Positions 60,041 through 64,000 of a stretch of DNA of 64,000 bases are shown here, in pieces (positions within the stretch are counted from its first letter, which is position 1; each line of letters starts with the position of its first letter). Position numbers and translations under genes: made by a program. Source of the stretch: Acidiferrobacterales bacterium (GTDB taxonomy: Bacteria; Pseudomonadota; Gammaproteobacteria; Acidiferrobacterales; SZUA-150); contig CAMYII010000085.1 of NCBI GenBank assembly GCA_947258385.1, positions 72,609-136,608 of the forward strand. Direction: 5' to 3'. Below the pieces are notes generated by a model, which saw only the letters and a list, made by a program, of their open reading frames with translations, searched no databases and was not told where the DNA came from.

Positions 60041-60667
60041 CTACCAGTAGGCAAGCAAACGTTCGTTCTCTATTTTGCTTTCAAACAGGGTCAACGGCCG
60101 GTTGCCCTTGTCGACGCACTCGCCCGACTCCACGTCGAACACCCATTGGTGCTTCGGACAAGTAATCTGTTTGCCCTCGAGGGCAAGGTGTGGAATGTTG
60201 GTCACCTGATGCGGGCAGCGGCTGTCATACAGCTTTATCTCCTTATCCGTGCGATATACGAAAAGACCGCGACCATCACAATCGACGCGCTCCACCTCTC
60301 CTATCTTGGCATCGTCAATACGCATAACGTTGTGCCACTTGGGTTTGGCGCCGAGCAGATCCGGCCGGAATTCCGGAATATCCATGTCCAGCACGATCTC
60401 GATCGCCCATACAATCTTCGCCAAACCCAGTGTCGGGAAGGCCATAAGCAGCGCGTCCAGCACCTCATCGGGCGTCGCACCGTTGTGCAGTGCCCGGGAA
60501 AGATACTGGCGAAAGCCGTTTTCCGTCTGGGCATCGACCTTGGTGATCACGGAAATCAGATCGCGTGTCTTGGTGTCGAGGTGCTTGCCCGCTTCCTTGA
60601 GGAACTTAAAGTATGGCTTAATGGCATCCGGTCTCGCCGCGACCAAATAATTCAACGCATCGCTCAT
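60041..60667 (-). CDS. fusion protein: carboxymuconolactone decarboxylase (CMD/AhpD-like) domain + Rieske [2Fe-2S] domain
   Basis: The N-terminal ~100 aa are CMD-like (LDTKTRDLISVI...GATPDEVLDALL). The C-terminus has CPH-x16-CPKH, the Rieske ligand pattern. Confidence 0.8.
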   Translation of the reverse strand: MSDALNYLVAARPDAIKPYFKFLKEAGKHLDTKTRDLISVITKVDAQTENGFRQYLSRALHNGATPDEVLDALLMAFPTLGLAKIVWAIEIVLDMDIPEFRPDLLGAKPKWHNVMRIDDAKIGEVERVDCDGRGLFVYRTDKEIKLYDSRCPHQVTNIPHLALEGKQITCPKHQWVFDVESGECVDKGNRPLTLFESKIENERLLAYW

Positions 60668-61215
60668 TGCTTGCCCCCATCACGTTATTTAGGTGCCTGA
60701 TCCGATCGCCAATCTTACCGGTTAACTTTCACCGGTGCAAAATCATGATCGCATTACGGCCTTGCCAATGTCTGAAAGAGGGTTGGCCGACGCGTTGTGA
60801 CAGAGCGCGTGCCGCCTGAGCCGCCGTTGCCAAGGCCCAAGCGCTCGTCATGAGCGGCTGGCGCCTGCCTTGTGCTTATTTCACGTAGCCGGGGACACCG
60901 CATAGACGAAGCCAAAAGCGTCATGCATGTTTTTTCGTAATCCGGGTCTGGTGAGCCGGGTATTGCCAGGCGCCGACCGCCATGGCTACGCGACAGGTCC
61001 GGCCATGGTCCCCACACTGCCAGCGGGGGTCAGCGCCGCCAAATCCCGAACTCCGACACCTTTTCCGGCCAGTGGCGCGGGGCCTTTTTTATCCACAGGC
61101 ATTCCGGGTGTATACTGCCCTGCGATACCGACGACGACAGTCCATACCATACCGCATGCGCCCGTTAAAGATGGTAGTCTTGGAAAGGATCGACTTGCTG
61201 TAACGAGGCCAAACA

Positions 61216-61662
61216 ATGAAACTTTATCTTGTCCGGCACGGCGATGCACTGCCCGAGGAACTCGACCCCGAGCGGCCTTTGAGCGAACCGGGGCAAAAGG
61301 AGATCGACAGGCTCGCGGAAATCCTTGTCCAACGGGGGTTATCGGTCGGCACGATCCTACACAGTGGCAAAACGCGCGCCGCGCAAACCGCGGAGCGGCT
61401 CGCCGCCAAGCTGTTACCAGCAAAGGGTGTGCTGGCCAGCGACAACCTGGCGCCGCTCGATCCTGTGAGGCCCATGGCCGATCGCATCACGGCGATGACG
61501 GATGACACGATGATTGTGGGTCATCTTCCGTTCCTCGGCAAGCTCGTTTCCCTGCTGGTGGCGGGCAAGGAAGACGCCAATGCTGTCAACTTCAAGTCCG
61601 GCGGCCTGGTGTGCCTGAAACGCGAGGGAAACAGGAACTGGACCATCGACTGGACAGTCTAA
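61216..61662 (+). CDS. sixA: phosphohistidine phosphatase SixA
   Basis: MKLYLVRHGDA (RHG catalytic motif), 148 aa, VGHLPFL. Confidence 0.9.
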   Translation: MKLYLVRHGDALPEELDPERPLSEPGQKEIDRLAEILVQRGLSVGTILHSGKTRAAQTAERLAAKLLPAKGVLASDNLAPLDPVRPMADRITAMTDDTMIVGHLPFLGKLVSLLVAGKEDANAVNFKSGGLVCLKREGNRNWTIDWTV

Positions 61663-61702
61663 TGATTCGGATCAACAGGACCTGAAAATGGAGAAGGAAC
61701 CC

Positions 61703-62020
61703 ATGAACCGCAACCTAGCCAATTTCTCCATCGGCCAGCTCATCCATCACAAGCTGTTTGATTACCGTGGGGTGATCGTGGATGTGGACCCGGTTTACCT
61801 CGGTACGGATGAATGGTACGAGCAGGTCGCACGCAGCCGCCCGCCCAGGGACAAGCCGTGGTACCATGTACTGGTCGATAACGCCTCGCGCTCGACCTAT
61901 GTCGCCGAGCGCAACCTGGAGCCCGATGACTCGGACAGACCCATCAACCATCCCGCGATCGACCAGCACTTTGAGCGCTTCGACAACGGCAGTTACGTAA
62001 GCCGCACACGAAGCAACTAG
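61703..62020 (+). CDS. hspQ: heat-shock protein HspQ (YccV/hemimethylated-DNA-binding fold)
   Basis: FSIGQLIHHKLFDYRGVIVDVDPVY...PWYHVLVD aligns with E. coli HspQ. The ATG at 61703 has a GGAGAAGGA Shine-Dalgarno; the track start is 61688. Confidence 0.88.
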   Translation: MNRNLANFSIGQLIHHKLFDYRGVIVDVDPVYLGTDEWYEQVARSRPPRDKPWYHVLVDNASRSTYVAERNLEPDDSDRPINHPAIDQHFERFDNGSYVSRTRSN

Positions 62021-62116
62021 CAGCCCGCCAGGGCAAGCTCGCCGCCGACACACCGTGACCTCGGGCGACAACCCCTTACTGTTTGATTAAACGCTTAACG
62101 TCTACAAACCTGGGGC

Positions 62117-62311
62117 TCAGGGAAAAGGGTTGGATCCGGCGGTTCCACCAAAAAAATAACGAAAATATTCATGGGTCAACGCTGCCAGCTCCGCCATCTT
62201 CGCTGCATAGGCTTGCGGGTCGGCTGCCCGCAGCACCGCCCCCTCAAGCCCCGAGGTCTCCCGGCGCAGCTGCCGCAGTTTCTTGTCGATCTCCTGAAGT
62301 TCCATGGTCAT
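62117..62311 (-). CDS. hypothetical small protein (64 aa)
   Basis: The ATG at 62311 lies 10 nt downstream of the mltF stop. Helical sequence MTMELQEIDKKLRQLRRE.... The longer track form overlaps mltF. Weak support. Confidence 0.35.
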   Translation of the reverse strand: MTMELQEIDKKLRQLRRETSGLEGAVLRAADPQAYAAKMAELAALTHEYFRYFFGGTAGSNPFP

Positions 62312-62321
62312 GGTATGGCCC

Positions 62322-63710
62322 TCAGCGAAGCCTTTGCTCAAGGATATCGCGGTAATGCCGGATGCGGTTGACATACCTGACCGGCTCCCCCCCGCGGGCA
62401 TAGCCATGTTTCAACGTCCGGTAATACTCTTTGCGGGACAACAACGGCAGCACCTCGGCGAGATCGTGCCACAGATTAGGGTCCTTGTTAAACCGTCGCG
62501 CCAGCGCCCTCGCATCATGGATATGACCCATTCCCACATTATAGGCGGCCAGGGCGATCCACCTGCGGTGTTTGCCTTGGATCTCCGGGGGCAGGCGCGC
62601 GCGCTGGCGGTCCAGGTATTTCGCTCCACCCATAATGCTCTGTTTGGGATCGAGGCGGTCCGTGACGCCCAGCTCCGCCGCCGTGGGCTGGGTGAGCATC
62701 ATCATCCCCCTGACCCCGGTGGGGCTTCTCGCTTTTGGGTCCCAATGCGATTCCTGATACGCCTGCGCCGCCAGCAGCGTCCATGAATGCCGATAGCGCG
62801 CGGCGGCCTGCTTGAAGGTCTTGCGGTAACGCGGCAAAACCTTCTTGATGCTGTTAATGTACACGCGCGTATCGACATAATCGAACAACTCGATGAAGCC
62901 ATAGTGTTTGGCCAGAAGCGCATCGAGCTCGCCGCTTTTCTTGAATGTCCGAAACCATTTCTCGACGGCGTCCCTGAGCTCATCGGCCTGCGCCGGAAAG
63001 GCCCAGGCCAGTGCCTGCGCCTGCGTCAGATCGAACTTCACGCTCAGCTCCGGGAAATAGCGCCGATTGATCGCGACGATGTTTGAGTCCGCCACCGTAC
63101 ACTCAAGCTTACGGCGCCATACCTTCTCCAATAACTGTTCGGTACCGAGATCGTTGCTGACCTGCCATTTGAGCGCCGGGTGCTTTTGCTTGAGTCCTTC
63201 GAGTCGTTCAACGTAACTGCTGTCGGCCGCCACCTGCAATTGCACGCCGGCAAGCGCCTTGACGGTTTTGGGCCGTTTGCCACCACGGCGGCAGACCACC
63301 TGCTGTTGCACACTCTGATAGCTCGGGCCAAAGAGAAAATGCTCGCGCCTCGCCTCGGTGCGGGTCAGCCCGGCCGCCGCCAAATGACCGGCCGGCGCGC
63401 GCAGGGCAGCCAGAATATCCGCGGTGCTGTCATAGACCTTGAACCTGGCCGCGACCCCCAGGTGTCGAGCAAATGCCGTGACAAGGTCGTATTCCAGCCC
63501 CGTCATGCCCTCGCGGCCTTCGTAGTAGGTCGTGGGCGCGTTTCTGGTCAGCACGATGATCTCGCCCTGATCGCGAATCTGTTCGAGCGATACCTCGTGA
63601 GTCCTTTCACAGCCGGAGTGGACCGGTAACAGAACAACCAGCAGCAGCAAGCGCGAAAAACGGGCAGCAACAGGACGGTATCCGAAACCGGTCATCATCA
63701 CCTGATCCAT
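62322..63710 (-). CDS. mltF: membrane-bound lytic murein transglycosylase F
   Basis: N-terminal periplasmic solute-binding-like domain plus a C-terminal SLT domain (AQAYQESHWDPKARSPTGVRGMMMLT...AYNVG). Confidence 0.9.
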   Translation of the reverse strand: MDQVMMTGFGYRPVAARFSRLLLLVVLLPVHSGCERTHEVSLEQIRDQGEIIVLTRNAPTTYYEGREGMTGLEYDLVTAFARHLGVAARFKVYDSTADILAALRAPAGHLAAAGLTRTEARREHFLFGPSYQSVQQQVVCRRGGKRPKTVKALAGVQLQVAADSSYVERLEGLKQKHPALKWQVSNDLGTEQLLEKVWRRKLECTVADSNIVAINRRYFPELSVKFDLTQAQALAWAFPAQADELRDAVEKWFRTFKKSGELDALLAKHYGFIELFDYVDTRVYINSIKKVLPRYRKTFKQAAARYRHSWTLLAAQAYQESHWDPKARSPTGVRGMMMLTQPTAAELGVTDRLDPKQSIMGGAKYLDRQRARLPPEIQGKHRRWIALAAYNVGMGHIHDARALARRFNKDPNLWHDLAEVLPLLSRKEYYRTLKHGYARGGEPVRYVNRIRHYRDILEQRLR

Positions 63711-63723
63711 TCGAGAAAGTGAA

Positions 63724-64000
63724 TTATCGCTGCAGCCTCTCCCATTCCGCCATGATCCGGCGTAATTCCGTCAAACCGCCGGTCAAGGCAGCTGGGCCGG
63801 GCTGCGGGATATTGACGTACTTTATCCCATATAAATATCCGCCCCGCATGGCCGGGATTCGCAGCCTGAGCGCCCCGGGCTGGAATCTCTTGCCACCATA
63901 TCGGAGATATCCCAGCACCCGCTCCGGTTCGAGACCAAGGATCTTGTCAATCTTCGCGGTGGTAAACGCAGAGACTCTGGGTTTTTCTTTCCTGGCTTGG
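63724..64000 (-). CDS. C-terminal fragment of an unidentified protein (5' end outside window)
   Basis: The frame is open from the window edge (…ARKEKPRVSAFTTAKIDKILGLEPERV…) to the stop at 63724-63726. The track's GTG at 63918 is probably internal. No motif recognised. Confidence 0.45.
   Translation of the reverse strand, partial: QARKEKPRVSAFTTAKIDKILGLEPERVLGYLRYGGKRFQPGALRLRIPAMRGGYLYGIKYVNIPQPGPAALTGGLTELRRIMAEWERLQR

Noticed and set aside
60927-61505. 192-aa ORF spanning the intergenic region and the 5' half of sixA. Also ORFs 60754-61017 and 60986-61423.
   Set aside because: They are mutually overlapping and Pro/Arg/Gly/Ala-rich, and they conflict with the well-supported sixA frame (MKLYLVRHGDA). 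Treated as non-coding.
62312-62407. Longer 96-aa form of the small ORF downstream of mltF.
   Set aside because: The first 32 codons would overlap the 3' end of mltF in another frame. Only the shorter form from ATG 62311 is listed, at low confidence.

Overview
This 64-kb window is high-G+C chromosomal DNA that looks gammaproteobacterial. That assignment is an inference from gene order and protein sequences, with no database search. All calls come from reading the supplied ORF translations and the raw sequence for motifs I recognise.

The left third is conserved housekeeping synteny. On the minus strand it runs TPR lipoprotein, lolB, ispE, tRNA-Gln, prs, rplY(ctc), pth, ychF. On the plus strand it runs hemA, prfA, prmC, moeB. 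These are followed by slmA, argB, hsp20, hslVU, a DAACS symporter, msrPQ, htpX and sthA.

The middle and right parts mix metabolism and envelope or proteostasis functions:
- glcD-glcE plus a class-V aminotransferase
- an acyl-CoA ligase and tpm
- fkpA, djlA, hspQ, mltF and sixA
- three c-di-GMP modules (HD-GYP, GGDEF, PilZ)
- a phoPQ-like two-component operon
- several poorly characterised genes

I found no transposase, integrase, CRISPR array or recognisable defence system.

The items most worth a second look are:
1. A ~157-bp foldback repeat present twice in inverted orientation (38362-38518 and 55063-55221), bracketing 16.7 kb.
2. A four-gene operon in which a secreted His/Arg-rich glycine-zipper protein and a PepSY protein precede phoP/phoQ-like genes.
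3. A tightly coupled MoeB(E1-like)-JAMM pair with no ubiquitin-like partner nearby.
4. Two YjbQ/UPF0047 paralogs, each next to a peptidase, one in an operon with a Mesh1-like small alarmone hydrolase.
5. An orphan PflA-like radical SAM enzyme with a Cys-rich tail.
6. glcDE without glcF.
7. A CMD-Rieske fusion protein.
8. A lower-G+C 392-aa helical orphan.
9. An MFS gene whose conserved 5' end is cut off from its ATG by a G5/C5 run.

Many long ORFs in the track are GC-driven antisense shadows and were rejected.
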